Positions 28,140 through 38,537 are shown, numbered from the stretch's first letter. The stretch is 57,729 nt of DNA from a virus (IMGVR_UViG_3300036853_000468:1-57729); one strand, 5' to 3'. Numbers and translations are program-made. The notes: a model not told the origin generated them from the sequence alone.

Positions 28140-28716
28140 CCCTCCTCATCTTTGCGATCTTTGGCTTTGCCATTCTGCGAAAGTATGCAGCCAGTTCAAG
28201 CTTTGCGGCTCTCATGTCTGAGCGCTTCAATGTCTGCCCATTGACTGAAATGTCGTAGGCCCCTGCAAGTGCAGACGCCCAAAATGTGAGCAAGTCAGCA
28301 GCAGTACAGTTGAGATCGTAGATCTTGCCTGTTGCATAGATCGGCGGCCACTGCCCAGGCGCTGTTCCATTCACAAATGGGGTGAGTTGGAACTGAAAAT
28401 GCCCTGTGATGTAATCCGATGCAAGCGGTGTCAGCACTTTCCAGGGACTACCAGAAAGATACCCTTGCAGTGTCGCGTCACTTTCCCACCATTGATAGCG
28501 CGAGTAGAAATCTGCATACACAAACTCCGCTTGATTGTTTGTGCTTGCAGTATTCACGACGACTGGCTCAGCACGCAAAGGCTCCATGCGAATATCTTCA
28601 CGATTTACGTCTAGCTGATCCTGCACGTTTTGGTCGGTGAACTGCTGACTCGTCGGATCGTTGATCATCATCCTCACTTGTGCTATCAGCGTCAACATGC
28701 TCTCCCTGACTGCCAT
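28120..28716 (-). CDS. Head-tail connector protein
   Basis: VRMMINDP..QQFTD..VQ..LD; YDL..AADLL..WA...YDIS.NGQ.L.RS. Confidence 0.7.
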   Translation of the reverse strand: MAVRESMLTLIAQVRMMINDPTSQQFTDQNVQDQLDVNREDIRMEPLRAEPVVVNTASTNNQAEFVYADFYSRYQWWESDATLQGYLSGSPWKVLTPLASDYITGHFQFQLTPFVNGTAPGQWPPIYATGKIYDLNCTAADLLTFWASALAGAYDISVNGQTLKRSDMRAAKLELAAYFRRMAKPKIAKMRRDDVACY

Positions 28717-28855
28717 CGATTAACTCGCTCTCTGGTTGCTCTTCGGGTACTGCTCTCGGATCGTCAATTTCAACGGCCCCTTCTCCAAGCAATCGTTTGA
28801 CGTGATCCTCATTCAGCACAAGCTCCTCGCGACCATTGGAAAGTTTGAGCCACAT
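28598..28855 (-). CDS. Hypothetical protein
   Basis: AGGAGG RBS; the long overlap with the next gene makes the C-terminus uncertain. Confidence 0.55.
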   Translation of the reverse strand: MWLKLSNGREELVLNEDHVKRLLGEGAVEIDDPRAVPEEQPESELIDGSQGEHVDADSTSEDDDQRSDESAVHRPKRAGSARRKS

Positions 28856-28865
28856 GAAACACCTC

Positions 28866-29261
28866 CTAGAGTGATACAGGAAGTAAAAGTGCCCATATCG
28901 TTCCGGTCATGGACGCAGCAAAATCTATATTTAAGGTATTATCCGCCTGGATAAATCGTGAGACATCAAAAGGTCCGATAAAAGCAGTTCCGGTTGAAGC
29001 TGTTAAATTTCCCGATGTGAAATCGCCGATGCCACTTCTAAAGGCGGGCGGATTTGCACCAGCTTTCACCGTGACCGTCTTCGTGCCTGCAAATGTGTTT
29101 TGTATATACAGGACAAGCCTATCTAAATTGGCTCCCGCAGGAATACCTGTTGATGGGATAGTAACAACCATCCCGTTTGCTGCATCAATTGCGGTACCTG
29201 CCTGATTGAGTACTGCCCCATTTGCAGTAAGATTGGTAAGTGGTAAAGCTGTTCTTGCCAT
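28866..29261 (-). CDS. Putative head decoration/structural protein
   Basis: Directly after the capsid gene; beta-rich. Confidence 0.7.
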   Translation of the reverse strand: MARTALPLTNLTANGAVLNQAGTAIDAANGMVVTIPSTGIPAGANLDRLVLYIQNTFAGTKTVTVKAGANPPAFRSGIGDFTSGNLTASTGTAFIGPFDVSRFIQADNTLNIDFAASMTGTIWALLLPVSL

Positions 29262-29273
29262 GTTCTCCCTCTC

Positions 29274-30200
29274 TTACGGCTTTTGCAGATATGCAACAGC
29301 GATAGCGTCGGGCCTGATCGTTTTGGCCCCATACAACATCAACCCTTTGACGGCATCCCCAAACCGACGTTCCGGTCGATACGCCTCAACTTCTCGCAGC
29401 CCTTCAGCCTTGGTGAGGCCCATCGAATGTCCAGCGAAAAAGACATCCTGTGAACCGGATGCACCGACCGTCCCACCAATATGCGGAGCATTCAAACTCT
29501 CGTAGATGTCCATGTTCTCAATGCGTCCTAGATAGGCGTCAGAAGCATTGCCAGCAGAGGCGTCAAGCTTTCCAGAGAGGATCGTGAGCCGTGCACTGGC
29601 AGTATTAAAGCCGGTGAAACGGGCGTCCATTGTGAGGTGCGATTTGCCCCAGGGCGGACACACACACCATCTGCCTTGTTTCGGAATTTTTGCCTCGGTG
29701 AGCTTCTGCGAGAGCAGTACGAGATTATCGTAGAGCGTGGTACCCGCGCCAATATTGGCCGCTGTGGGGACAGTAACCGTTGTGAATGAGCCTGATGAAC
29801 CAATAAGGTTGGCAGACTGGGCGTCTGTGTAGAAACCCGAATAGTACAGGTCCATCGTATCGGCCATCTGATAACCGGCGTCACTCATCGCCTGCGCCAT
29901 GACCTTGGGGTTACTCTGGGCTTTGTCCACGTCATCGATTAGAAAGTTGTATGACTTTGCCTGGCTGATGGTAAGCATGGTTTGAGCGTCGGTCAGGCTC
30001 TGCGGAGCTGCCATATCCGTATCTTTGACATAATTGGATATAGTCACAACTCCAATGGCGCTGATTCTCACGGTATCGCCATAGGCACTGATCTCACCTT
30101 GATAGTCGGTATTGAACAGAGCACCGAATACCTGATTCTTACGCAGGTTGACGATCATTGAATCAGCCCATATTTCAGGGATGAAGTTATTTAAGCTCAA
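29274..30200 (-). CDS. Major capsid protein (HK97 fold, P22-coat-like)
   Basis: TTG start after CAGGAGG; FIPEIWA, GDTVRI, F.IDDVD..Q, VEAYRPE.RFGDAVKGL..YGAK. Confidence 0.9.
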   Translation of the reverse strand: MSLNNFIPEIWADSMIVNLRKNQVFGALFNTDYQGEISAYGDTVRISAIGVVTISNYVKDTDMAAPQSLTDAQTMLTISQAKSYNFLIDDVDKAQSNPKVMAQAMSDAGYQMADTMDLYYSGFYTDAQSANLIGSSGSFTTVTVPTAANIGAGTTLYDNLVLLSQKLTEAKIPKQGRWCVCPPWGKSHLTMDARFTGFNTASARLTILSGKLDASAGNASDAYLGRIENMDIYESLNAPHIGGTVGASGSQDVFFAGHSMGLTKAEGLREVEAYRPERRFGDAVKGLMLYGAKTIRPDAIAVAYLQKP

Positions 30201-30267
30201 GTGAGCCTCCTGCAATCCCTTGCTTAACATCTCTCAAAAGGTGCTAGGCAAGAAATACAAAAGATTA

Positions 30268-30948
30268 TTAGCGTGGCATTGGATTACTGGCCATCCATTG
30301 CGTGATTTCAATTCTTCTTGCGCGGTACTCTTCCGCTGACATCTTGGAAATGATGTCCCAGGAGAGCGGTTGTGCGCTACTGCTACTACGTGGCGGATTC
30401 GTTGCGCCTCCACTGGATGGCGATGGCGTTTGTGGCTTCAGATCAAATTGCTTGACCATTGCCTTAAATGCAGCTTCCAAATTAGCAGGATTGCCCGCCT
30501 CATCAAATTCAAGAGCGGCTTTATCCAGTAGTCGCGTGGCCGCTTCAGGATTGAGACCTTGCTTTATCGCATGCAATTGGATCGCGTGATTCAAGCGGTC
30601 TTCCTGATGTCGAGAGATGACATCATCACGCTCTTTTTGCAAAGTTGCCAGTTGCTCTTGAAGTTTCCTGGTCGTAAGGGACTGCTTCTCTTGTTCGGAA
30701 AGTTGAGATGCTTCGATCTGCTCTTTAAACTGTTTGAGTTGCTCATTCTCAAGACGGTGCGCTTTTGCATCAGCATTTGTCTTTTTAAGAGCAGCCTCCA
30801 TACGCTGGACTTGCGCTTGCAGATCAGCAATAGTTGGTTCTGTCGTGGCGGGTCCTGATGTCGCATCAGTTGCCGGTGTGCCCGTCGCGGGCTTGGGGTC
30901 CGTTCCGCTCAACGTCGCGTCTTGCGGATCGGTGGTATCTTCTGCCAT
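30268..30948 (-). CDS. Capsid scaffolding protein
   Basis: Disordered N-terminus, coiled coil (NADAKAHR, LSEQEK), SGGATNP...MS.EEY tail; upstream of the capsid gene. Confidence 0.85.
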   Translation of the reverse strand: MAEDTTDPQDATLSGTDPKPATGTPATDATSGPATTEPTIADLQAQVQRMEAALKKTNADAKAHRLENEQLKQFKEQIEASQLSEQEKQSLTTRKLQEQLATLQKERDDVISRHQEDRLNHAIQLHAIKQGLNPEAATRLLDKAALEFDEAGNPANLEAAFKAMVKQFDLKPQTPSPSSGGATNPPRSSSSAQPLSWDIISKMSAEEYRARRIEITQWMASNPMPR

Positions 30949-30989
30949 AGTACTCTCATTTCTATAACAATGTCAAGGATATGTTTGGG

Positions 30990-31313
30990 TTAACGGTGTG
31001 TATTATAAGTTGTTATAATACGGTGAAACTCTGAATCAGTGAGATTGTACATTGCGATAAGGCCACGCCGTGCTTCAAAAGCATGCCTGCTCATAAGCCC
31101 CTGCTCTTTGGGCGTGATCAGCATAGGTTCACCGCTACGAGGTGATATTCCAGAGCACACACGCTTATTATAAGCATCGCAACTCTCGTAATACTGCTGC
31201 GCTATCTCTGCTTCGCGTTCCTGCTTAGGAGTTGGCCCAAGCCACTCACCATACAGCAACTTCTTACGTTCAATAAGCCCTTGTAGCTGCTCAACAGACA
31301 TAAAATCGCTCAT
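30990..31313 (-). CDS. Hypothetical protein
   Basis: Coupled ORF. Confidence 0.6.
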   Translation of the reverse strand: MSDFMSVEQLQGLIERKKLLYGEWLGPTPKQEREAEIAQQYYESCDAYNKRVCSGISPRSGEPMLITPKEQGLMSRHAFEARRGLIAMYNLTDSEFHRIITTYNTHR

Positions 31314-31591
31314 TGCCTTAATCCTTCCTGTATTTTCACTTGACGTACCATCTCTTCTAAAAGTGCCTGCTTTACCATCTCCTCAGTGAACAGTCTACAG
31401 ATCTCCGAGAGTGGTACCCATACATCGGTGCCATCGACTAACCTGCACTGGACAGAGACACCATGTATGCTGGTCAGCTTGTGCAGGACCTTAGCGGGTC
31501 TATTGCCGATAGTGGACATTACTGGTCGCTCTTGTGGAAATGGTTCATGCATACATTGCTCCAATGCCAGGGGCATTATAGGTTGTTGCAA
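31310..31591 (-). CDS. Hypothetical protein
   Basis: Coupled ORF. Confidence 0.55.
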   Translation of the reverse strand: MQQPIMPLALEQCMHEPFPQERPVMSTIGNRPAKVLHKLTSIHGVSVQCRLVDGTDVWVPLSEICRLFTEEMVKQALLEEMVRQVKIQEGLRQ

Positions 31592-31597
31592 AATGAC

Positions 31598-32212
31598 TCA
31601 TCGTTCAATCTCCGGTACAAACACCTTAGCAGCCGCAAAACATATCTTATCTGCTGTTAGGTGCGCAAGTTGATAAAGCGAGAAAATAGGTTCTATGGAG
31701 ATGGCACTTTTATCTATGGCCTCGTGTTCTCCTAGATAATTAATAAAGAACATTGTCATCTCGCACCAAGCAGGGTGAAACATACGCCTCAGTACATCCA
31801 TTGCGGCGTTCATATCTCTGCTGTATTTCGGAATAGGCACAGTGCCATGCTTGATATGTTGCCACTCGCCATCTGCTACATGGATAGGGACTTTGCAATT
31901 CGTGCAGGTGATAACGCTTTCATCCCATTCTTTATATTGCTCATCTCCGCTGCATACTTCAATTTGCAGGCCCATCACTTTCTCATGCACGAACCTATCA
32001 CGCTCAGGTTCTGACATTTCAGACCATTTCATCACAAAATCACCTCTTCTCAATACCCCCTGGCTCCAACGAATCCAATACTGTGTATCGCACTTCTGGC
32101 AAATCACGCCGCTCATGATTGACTCAGGCGAGTATTTTGTGATCGTGAGTGGCTTACTACAGCCTTCACAATCAAATGAGACTTCGTTCTCTGTATAGAT
32201 AATGTCTCTCAT
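31598..32212 (-). CDS. Zn-ribbon plus phage ABA-sandwich (BC1872-like) protein
   Basis: DRFVHEKVMG...PKYSRDMNAA.DV...IC.AA; internal GAGGTG RBS before Met at 32032. Confidence 0.6.
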   Translation of the reverse strand: MRDIIYTENEVSFDCEGCSKPLTITKYSPESIMSGVICQKCDTQYWIRWSQGVLRRGDFVMKWSEMSEPERDRFVHEKVMGLQIEVCSGDEQYKEWDESVITCTNCKVPIHVADGEWQHIKHGTVPIPKYSRDMNAAMDVLRRMFHPAWCEMTMFFINYLGEHEAIDKSAISIEPIFSLYQLAHLTADKICFAAAKVFVPEIER

Positions 32213-32445
32213 CGTTTCTCCTGACCAGGAGCTGACAACGCTTTCACGTCGTCGCTGATCACGGTAGCAGTGGAGTCGATGACCGGATATATTGCCGTTC
32301 CTGGTGTATACTCCACACTAAAATGAATATAGCGCGATTTCTTTATCTCCGCATTAAGCCGATCAAGCGATGTCTTTAGCTGATCGTTTGCGAGTTTTAC
32401 GCTAGCTTGCAGAAAAGCATCGTAGAGGAAGTTCTTGTCACTCAT
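32209..32445 (-). CDS. Hypothetical protein
   Basis: Coupled ORF. Confidence 0.55.
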   Translation of the reverse strand: MSDKNFLYDAFLQASVKLANDQLKTSLDRLNAEIKKSRYIHFSVEYTPGTAIYPVIDSTATVISDDVKALSAPGQEKR

Positions 32446-32669
32446 GGCTTATCTCTTTCCAATGGAGCGATGGGCATTCTCGCTTCTGTGCGATCAACGG
32501 AAATAGTAGGCATGTCGGGCCTTAGTCCTCCAGGTAGCCCTAAAAACTGAAAGGGTTGTTGGCAGTTAGTACACTTTATCGTGATGTCAGCCGCATATCT
32601 TCCACTGTCTTCCAACCTGCTGACAGCCACATTAGCCACAAATTCTTTATGTTCACACTTGCTCATCAT
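32442..32669 (-). CDS. Hypothetical phage protein (CxH...CxxC)
   Basis: CEHKEF.ANV.V.RLED...I.C..C..PFQF.GLP.G. Confidence 0.65.
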   Translation of the reverse strand: MMSKCEHKEFVANVAVSRLEDSGRYAADITIKCTNCQQPFQFLGLPGGLRPDMPTISVDRTEARMPIAPLERDKP

Positions 32670-33745
32670 TTCACCAACTCTTTCAGTGGAGTGACTTGTA
32701 TGCTCGCACCCCAATCGTTATGATGCTTATGAGTCACGAAGCTTTGCAACGTGACATTATTATTGGGCGACCTCCACAATTTGTAGCCACTCACACCGAG
32801 TATTTTACGCTGTACCCGCTCACTCTGCCGATTGAACCAGGAGGCACCAGTCTCAAGCTGTGGGCGAGTATCGGGTATCTCGCTGGTATCTATATCGAAA
32901 GGCTTCAACAGTTCTGCCCACGACTTTGTAACAGGCACTGGCGTACAGCGATCACACGGATGGATCGCAAAGTCAGTGTCCAGATCGTAGAGTGTTCCAT
33001 CAAGAGCAATACATGCTGCACATGTCCTTGAGTTTTTGGCACAAGTTCTACGATATTTCGTTACTACATCACTGTTTGCCCGATACGTCTCCAAACTCGC
33101 ATTTCTGGCTGCTCGATTGAGTTCATTGCGACTGAGCACGAGTGCTCTATTGCGAGAATCTTTCAGCGCCTGGCCTGCTTGCGTCTCCATAATACGCCGC
33201 ACGCTACGTGCCACAACACGCGGATTATTGCCAAGCGTGACGCCCGTAATCAATGTCTGTGCTATCTCGTCAGCCGCTCCTTTGCCCCATCCACTAAATA
33301 AATGAGCGAGTGGGCTACCCGCTTGTGTTGCTCTGATGAGCTGAGCAATCGTCTCTGGATTAGGGATACCAAACGACCATGATACTCCTGGTGGAACCTG
33401 AACATTCAGCAGTTGCATAGCCGCCTCAAGACCCAGGCGTATCCCGTCCTGCTGCAAGCGTCCGGTCATCGTTTGTGCCAACGCCGCATATATATCAATC
33501 TCACCAGCAATCAACCGCTTGATGACTTCGAGACGGTTTGCTTCATATAAGAAGTGTGCTGGTATCTGCTCACCTCGCTCAACATGCGTCATCATCTCGT
33601 CATAGAGCTTATCGAGCGCTGGCGTGATGACAGCGAGCGTGTTTTTGTGCGCCTGGTCCAGCGTCTGGATGGCTGCTGCTTCATGACTGAGCAGATCGGT
33701 GCGGTATTTGGCAACGATGCGCTGAATTTGGGAGGTAGTGGTCAT
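32666..33745 (-). CDS. Minor head protein (SPP1 gp7/MuF-like)
   Basis: RA....RNEL.RA; RTCAAC..LDG; HPCDRC. Confidence 0.85.
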   Translation of the reverse strand: MTTTSQIQRIVAKYRTDLLSHEAAAIQTLDQAHKNTLAVITPALDKLYDEMMTHVERGEQIPAHFLYEANRLEVIKRLIAGEIDIYAALAQTMTGRLQQDGIRLGLEAAMQLLNVQVPPGVSWSFGIPNPETIAQLIRATQAGSPLAHLFSGWGKGAADEIAQTLITGVTLGNNPRVVARSVRRIMETQAGQALKDSRNRALVLSRNELNRAARNASLETYRANSDVVTKYRRTCAKNSRTCAACIALDGTLYDLDTDFAIHPCDRCTPVPVTKSWAELLKPFDIDTSEIPDTRPQLETGASWFNRQSERVQRKILGVSGYKLWRSPNNNVTLQSFVTHKHHNDWGASIQVTPLKELVK

Positions 33746-34203
33746 TTGTCAAAAACCCAGGGGATTGGACCATATTGGCTGTTTCCCTCACTATCAGGAG
33801 CAAAGCTATCCCCATACTGATACCCTGCGCGAGCCTTCCAACATGACCCATCCGGCTCTCGCAATTCGATATCGATCATATTTCCATCGAATGGCCTGGC
33901 CAGGAAGCAGTAGCCGTCAATTGTTCCTAAATAGATAGTTCCATCGGTCTCCCAGATAAAACCGTCCTGGTCAATCTCGATAGAGCGTGCATAGCGCTTT
34001 CTTAGTTCTTGATCCTCCATAGCCGTTCCATCGACATAGAGCACCGGCACGTATTTATGAGCACACCACCGTATACGCCCTTTGCCAAGGATGGCATGAT
34101 GCCTGTAGGTTTCGCGTAACACGATTTCATACGGCGTAACATCCCATGTTTTTATCTGTTTCCCGTTGAGATAGACAAAAGCTCCATAATCAGCTATGCT
34201 CAT
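33742..34203 (-). CDS. Hypothetical protein
   Basis: Coupled ORF. Confidence 0.6.
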   Translation of the reverse strand: MSIADYGAFVYLNGKQIKTWDVTPYEIVLRETYRHHAILGKGRIRWCAHKYVPVLYVDGTAMEDQELRKRYARSIEIDQDGFIWETDGTIYLGTIDGYCFLARPFDGNMIDIELREPDGSCWKARAGYQYGDSFAPDSEGNSQYGPIPWVFDK

Positions 34204-34553
34204 GCCGCTTGCTCCTCACTATCCTCATCAGGCACCCAACAATAATCTATTTCGATCTTCCATGCCTTGAAAAGCTCTTCTGCGTCATCAATGCTATAAA
34301 ATTGATATTGCGCATGAGGAGCAAGAATCTCTCTATCCTGCCTGCGGGAAACAGCAACATGAAAGACATCGCGATAGTAGGGGCCTGTCGTTCCAAATGT
34401 GAAGAGAGGAGTAAATTCCTCTGATTTGATCTCGATTTTGAGATGGTAGAATCGTGTATCATCTATCGTGATGGTCTGTCTATCATAGTGTGCAGCTCGC
34501 TTGCTGCTGAAAAAGAGTGCTGATCTTAGATTCACAGCTCCTCCTTCGGCCAC
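34200..34553 (-). CDS. Hypothetical protein
   Basis: Coupled ORF; start may be the GTG near 34535. Confidence 0.55.
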   Translation of the reverse strand: MAEGGAVNLRSALFFSSKRAAHYDRQTITIDDTRFYHLKIEIKSEEFTPLFTFGTTGPYYRDVFHVAVSRRQDREILAPHAQYQFYSIDDAEELFKAWKIEIDYCWVPDEDSEEQAA

Positions 34554-34915
34554 TCAAACATGTCTGGCACCAACTCAACCCGCTCTCGTATCCACTCAGG
34601 ATCATGATTGCAGAGCAGGTCCAGACCTTGCGATTGCGAGCTTATCGTGTGACAAGCAAAAACATAGGCATGTCGGGCAAAGAGCCTCAAAAGTTCCTCC
34701 CTATCGCACGCTCTCAGGAAACGCTCAGCATCAACAATATCCATAGCGTTGGTTGCCATCATATCTTCAAGCAGCAATTTCGCAAAGCCTGCAAATTGTG
34801 TATCACGTGGATTAGACATTGCTAGATGATCTTCTTTAACTTGCTGCATTTCCTCTTGAGTTGGTCCTGTAGATGTCAGCAATTTGTCCATAGCTTCACC
34901 AAATGATTCACTCAC
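34532..34915 (-). CDS. Hypothetical protein
   Basis: Coupled ORF. Confidence 0.6.
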   Translation of the reverse strand: MSESFGEAMDKLLTSTGPTQEEMQQVKEDHLAMSNPRDTQFAGFAKLLLEDMMATNAMDIVDAERFLRACDREELLRLFARHAYVFACHTISSQSQGLDLLCNHDPEWIRERVELVPDMFEWPKEEL

Positions 34916-35181
34916 TGCAATGACTCCTCAATTAATCGATAAGGAGTCATTGCATCGTCAATTTGCTTCATGCAATACTCTACCTCCGTAAAGACCACTT
35001 CTTTAGCATTTACATACTTTGCTATATCCCAATCAAGACACCATCTACCCTCGTATACTCTTTCTCCGCAATACTTTCTCATCGTGAAGATATGGCGCTC
35101 TCCAAAGATGCTCTTGGGATCATATTCATATCGGAGATAAAAGCCCTTATCGAGAATGTACTGTATTATTTCTCCTATCAC
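34912..35181 (-). CDS. Hypothetical protein
   Basis: GTGA overlap with the portal stop; AAGGAGG RBS. Confidence 0.6.
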   Translation of the reverse strand: MIGEIIQYILDKGFYLRYEYDPKSIFGERHIFTMRKYCGERVYEGRWCLDWDIAKYVNAKEVVFTEVEYCMKQIDDAMTPYRLIEESLQ

Positions 35182-36647
35182 TGTTGCCCTCCTTGCTTCA
35201 TCGTCGACTGATCAGGCATCTGTTGCTGCATCGTCGGGTTTGGAGGTGGCAGGCCACGACCTTGAGAAAAAGCTGTCATAGCTTGCTCATCCTCATCAGC
35301 TTTCTTTTCCGCTTCAGTCTCAGGATCGTACCCAAGCTGTCTCTGCAAGGTGTCATCTGATATTCCAATGCCTTGCAGGATCGTCGCCTCTTGCGCCATT
35401 GCCATCTTGTCAACGGGTAGTATTGGCTGCCAATGTAACTCTATAGGATAGTCCTCGTACTGCTCAACTGGAATCTTCCCTGAGAGCACAAGGGCCGCCC
35501 TCGTGACATCCCTGATCAACGCTCCAGAGTGACGCTGCTTGTCCGTTGTCTTGTCGAGGAGTGGTCCATGCATCAGTTCAAGCGCAATGCCACTGATTGC
35601 GCCCAGGCCCGTCAACTTGTCGATACGGCCCTGGGCCACCGCCGGAATTCGGCTTTGCTCGTCCATATCGGAACGCAAGTCGGCAAGCACTGAGAGCAGG
35701 CCAGCAAAGTTGTCCATTGGAAGCAATGTCTTCATATCAGAATCGGGAGCTTCAAGACAAATGACTCCATCAACTGAGGTGTCCATCTGACTTGATCTCA
35801 GTCCATGCGCTACCGTTTTGGGATGACCATGATATTTCACAATGCGCATAATATTGGAGACCATGAAATTGATGGACTTATTCATCTGGACAAGATCGGG
35901 TGTCAGGTCGGGCCGTCCCCATGCCTCACAGGGATTAGGGAGATTTTGACGCGTGAAGATGGGGGCAAATGGATAGAGCCAGTCCTCTCGTATTCCAACT
36001 TGCTCCCATCTTGAAGCAGCGTCTCTCCGCTTGTAATTCGTGATAGTCCAGGAGTCCCATAGATCGTAGTTTCCAGCAGCATAATCGTCGTTATCAGGAT
36101 CAATGCGTGTGATAATCTGTCTCTTTTCAAGCTTGCCAGCAGCATAGGGATACTCAATGATGTAGGCAAGGATCAACTCGCAATCCTCTGGGTCGGTAAC
36201 AATCCGAACGTTACGCGGGTTGAGATTGACAATACGCGGATACTTCATACTTCCTTGCGCAGGGATCAGCTTCAGGAACATTTGACCAAACAGGCCACCA
36301 TTAATAGCAATCTTGCACAGCTTGATCATGCGGTTATCATCATCGCCACCCCAGAGGCCATCAATGAATTTCTGAATTGCCGTGTCTGGCTCTGTCGTCT
36401 CGTCACTGGCTTCGATTTCCAGCACTTTCCCAAAAAGCGCCGCTTCTCCCTTCATCACAATTGGTTCGCTTCGGTTCGGTTTCACGTTGTCATTTGGCTG
36501 GCCTTTGTCAACTTTCAACGGATCAGGCAGTGAACCGTCAAAAGCTTTCCATGCCTCATCCATCTGCTTTTTGCGATCTGCATCAACTTGTGGCATCGGA
36601 GCCTGGGCTAGCGTGTAGACATCGGGTTGTGTGGCTAGTTGATACAT
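35178..36647 (-). CDS. Portal protein (SPP1 gp6-like)
   Basis: After terL; N.PNP....G..DL, ISGIALEL...L..K, I.LHW..ILP.D. Confidence 0.9.
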   Translation of the reverse strand: MYQLATQPDVYTLAQAPMPQVDADRKKQMDEAWKAFDGSLPDPLKVDKGQPNDNVKPNRSEPIVMKGEAALFGKVLEIEASDETTEPDTAIQKFIDGLWGGDDDNRMIKLCKIAINGGLFGQMFLKLIPAQGSMKYPRIVNLNPRNVRIVTDPEDCELILAYIIEYPYAAGKLEKRQIITRIDPDNDDYAAGNYDLWDSWTITNYKRRDAASRWEQVGIREDWLYPFAPIFTRQNLPNPCEAWGRPDLTPDLVQMNKSINFMVSNIMRIVKYHGHPKTVAHGLRSSQMDTSVDGVICLEAPDSDMKTLLPMDNFAGLLSVLADLRSDMDEQSRIPAVAQGRIDKLTGLGAISGIALELMHGPLLDKTTDKQRHSGALIRDVTRAALVLSGKIPVEQYEDYPIELHWQPILPVDKMAMAQEATILQGIGISDDTLQRQLGYDPETEAEKKADEDEQAMTAFSQGRGLPPPNPTMQQQMPDQSTMKQGGQQ

Positions 36648-36650
36648 GAG

Positions 36651-37997
36651 TTATCTCCATATAGACTTCGCATAGCTTACACCTGATTGCTTCAAATCTT
36701 TCGTTGCGCAGAGATATCGGTCTGTGTCCATACCATGGTCATCTTCTTTGGCAGGCTCGTCTTTCAATTGCCCGTCAGATCCTTGCTTCCACACGTAGCT
36801 ATCAAACTCCTCGATGCTACACGTTGGCTTCTTCATCCTGACCAGCTCCTGATCACGCTCAACCAGGCAATTTGCAAAGTACATTAATCGCGGCTTGCCA
36901 TCACCAGCAGGCCGCAAACGAGAGGCCGTGGCCTGGATACCTTCACTGACTGACTTATAAGCAGCCGTTGTGTAGAGTCCTGAATGCCGTTCAAAGGTGG
37001 CCGCGTCTTCTGCATCGTGGTCTCTGAAGATCTGGCGAGGAAGGGGATCGCCGTCAGGCTGTCCCCATCTGGATAGTGCCTTGATCTGCTTGACGTGATC
37101 CTCTACCAGTCGCTGCGTCTTGTAGATCTCACGATAACAGTAGAATCGCCCGTCGCTGTCTTCTGCATACCACTTGCACACGAATGGATGGGTATAGCCA
37201 AAATCGAGACAGAGATAACGAGGCCAGGATGCAGGGATTTTGAAGGGAGCGACAACGTTACGGGCACGGTCCCATGAATCCTGGTAGATTGCACCTTCAG
37301 CCGCCGCCCATATGCCGAAGCGATAGCGAGCGAGACGAACACCAGTCAGGCCACCAAGCACACCGAGGACATACCTTCGTCCCTCTTCGGTCCAATCATT
37401 CTTGATCCTATCCCAGTAGCGCGGGTTGTCCTCATGCCTGGACAGCAGCCGTGTTGTTCTACCTTCAATCATGCGCTGGTTCAAGAAGTGTGTGGGGGCA
37501 TCTGGATTGAAATCCATAATGAGTTGCTGCCACGGAATCTTCCCTTTTCGCAGGCGCATCCGGCAAAACTCGATATCGTTGATGCTGCACTCGGTTGCTT
37601 CATTGATATAGATTCCGTCAAATTCCATAGAGCGTACTTTGCCATGTTTGTCGAGGCCATTAGGGATAAGAAGAGAGCCATTAGGATACATATAAGCAGG
37701 TGGCTTTTCTTTGCTTCCATGATAAAAGTGGATATTTTCATCAGGGTCAAGCACATCGTCTCGATACGTTGCGAGCGCCGAACCCGCGAGGTCGGTGTTA
37801 TATTTGCGAGCCACCAGGAACTTTGCACCCGCATACATGAGCAGAAGCGTGTGGATATAGTAGAGAATTCCAAAAGTTTTGCCAGTTCCGCCAGGGCCAT
37901 CAAGCCCGACCTCGGTATCGTGACAGGACCCAAGTTGCCAGATAGCACCGCGTATCTCAGGAGCTGCAATGCGCTTCTCTAGAGTGGCCGTGGTCAT
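36651..37997 (-). CDS. terL: Terminase large subunit (PBSX-like)
   Basis: Walker A GPGGTGKT; INEATE; DFNP; DNP; nuclease LDFGY.HP and DDHGMDTDRY. Confidence 0.93.
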   Translation of the reverse strand: MTTATLEKRIAAPEIRGAIWQLGSCHDTEVGLDGPGGTGKTFGILYYIHTLLLMYAGAKFLVARKYNTDLAGSALATYRDDVLDPDENIHFYHGSKEKPPAYMYPNGSLLIPNGLDKHGKVRSMEFDGIYINEATECSINDIEFCRMRLRKGKIPWQQLIMDFNPDAPTHFLNQRMIEGRTTRLLSRHEDNPRYWDRIKNDWTEEGRRYVLGVLGGLTGVRLARYRFGIWAAAEGAIYQDSWDRARNVVAPFKIPASWPRYLCLDFGYTHPFVCKWYAEDSDGRFYCYREIYKTQRLVEDHVKQIKALSRWGQPDGDPLPRQIFRDHDAEDAATFERHSGLYTTAAYKSVSEGIQATASRLRPAGDGKPRLMYFANCLVERDQELVRMKKPTCSIEEFDSYVWKQGSDGQLKDEPAKEDDHGMDTDRYLCATKDLKQSGVSYAKSIWR

Positions 37998-38437
37998 AAC
38001 TCCGCTTCCTCCACCACTTGAGGCATTTGAATCCAGCCCACAGGTACCTCACGAATGATGATCTTATTCCCTTCTGCCTCTTCAGGCTTGACATCAAGGC
38101 CCATGAGCTTACATCGGCGTTCTGAGATCGCAAGTATTCGATCAACGGCAAAGAGATTGACGCCAGGCTTTCCCTTGTCAGAATCAGCAAGAATAACGAT
38201 TTGTTCCCATACGAGAGCATGCAACTTGTCGAGCATATAGCATTCTTCACGCCGCAAATCTCCCACATTCTCAACAACAACGCGGTCCATCTCTCGCATG
38301 ACAGCTTTTCGACAAGCACTAGCACTTCCATACCCGCATTGCCTTGCAGTTGCCTCATATGTCCATTTTTTGGTACGCAGAGAGAGCGCCAATGCAACAC
38401 GAGCCGCCGCGTTTTCATCTCTATTTGGTGTTTTCAT
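37994..38437 (-). CDS. terS: Terminase small subunit
   Basis: HTH (ALSLR...TYE..A..CGY); AVDRILAI.ERR.KL.GLD; upstream of terL. Confidence 0.8.
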   Translation of the reverse strand: MKTPNRDENAAARVALALSLRTKKWTYEATARQCGYGSASACRKAVMREMDRVVVENVGDLRREECYMLDKLHALVWEQIVILADSDKGKPGVNLFAVDRILAISERRCKLMGLDVKPEEAEGNKIIIREVPVGWIQMPQVVEEAEL

Positions 38438-38508
38438 CTCTATTTGGTACCCTTTGATTGGACATACAGCCGCCTATTATTGTCTCGTCATTCGTACAAG
38501 ATGACTAC

Positions 38509-38537
38509 AGTATACGCCAGCACTGCTTGACTGGCAA
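38509..38537 (-). promoter_or_regulatory. Sigma70-type promoter for the packaging/late operon
   Basis: TTGCCA-17 bp-TATACT. Confidence 0.6.
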
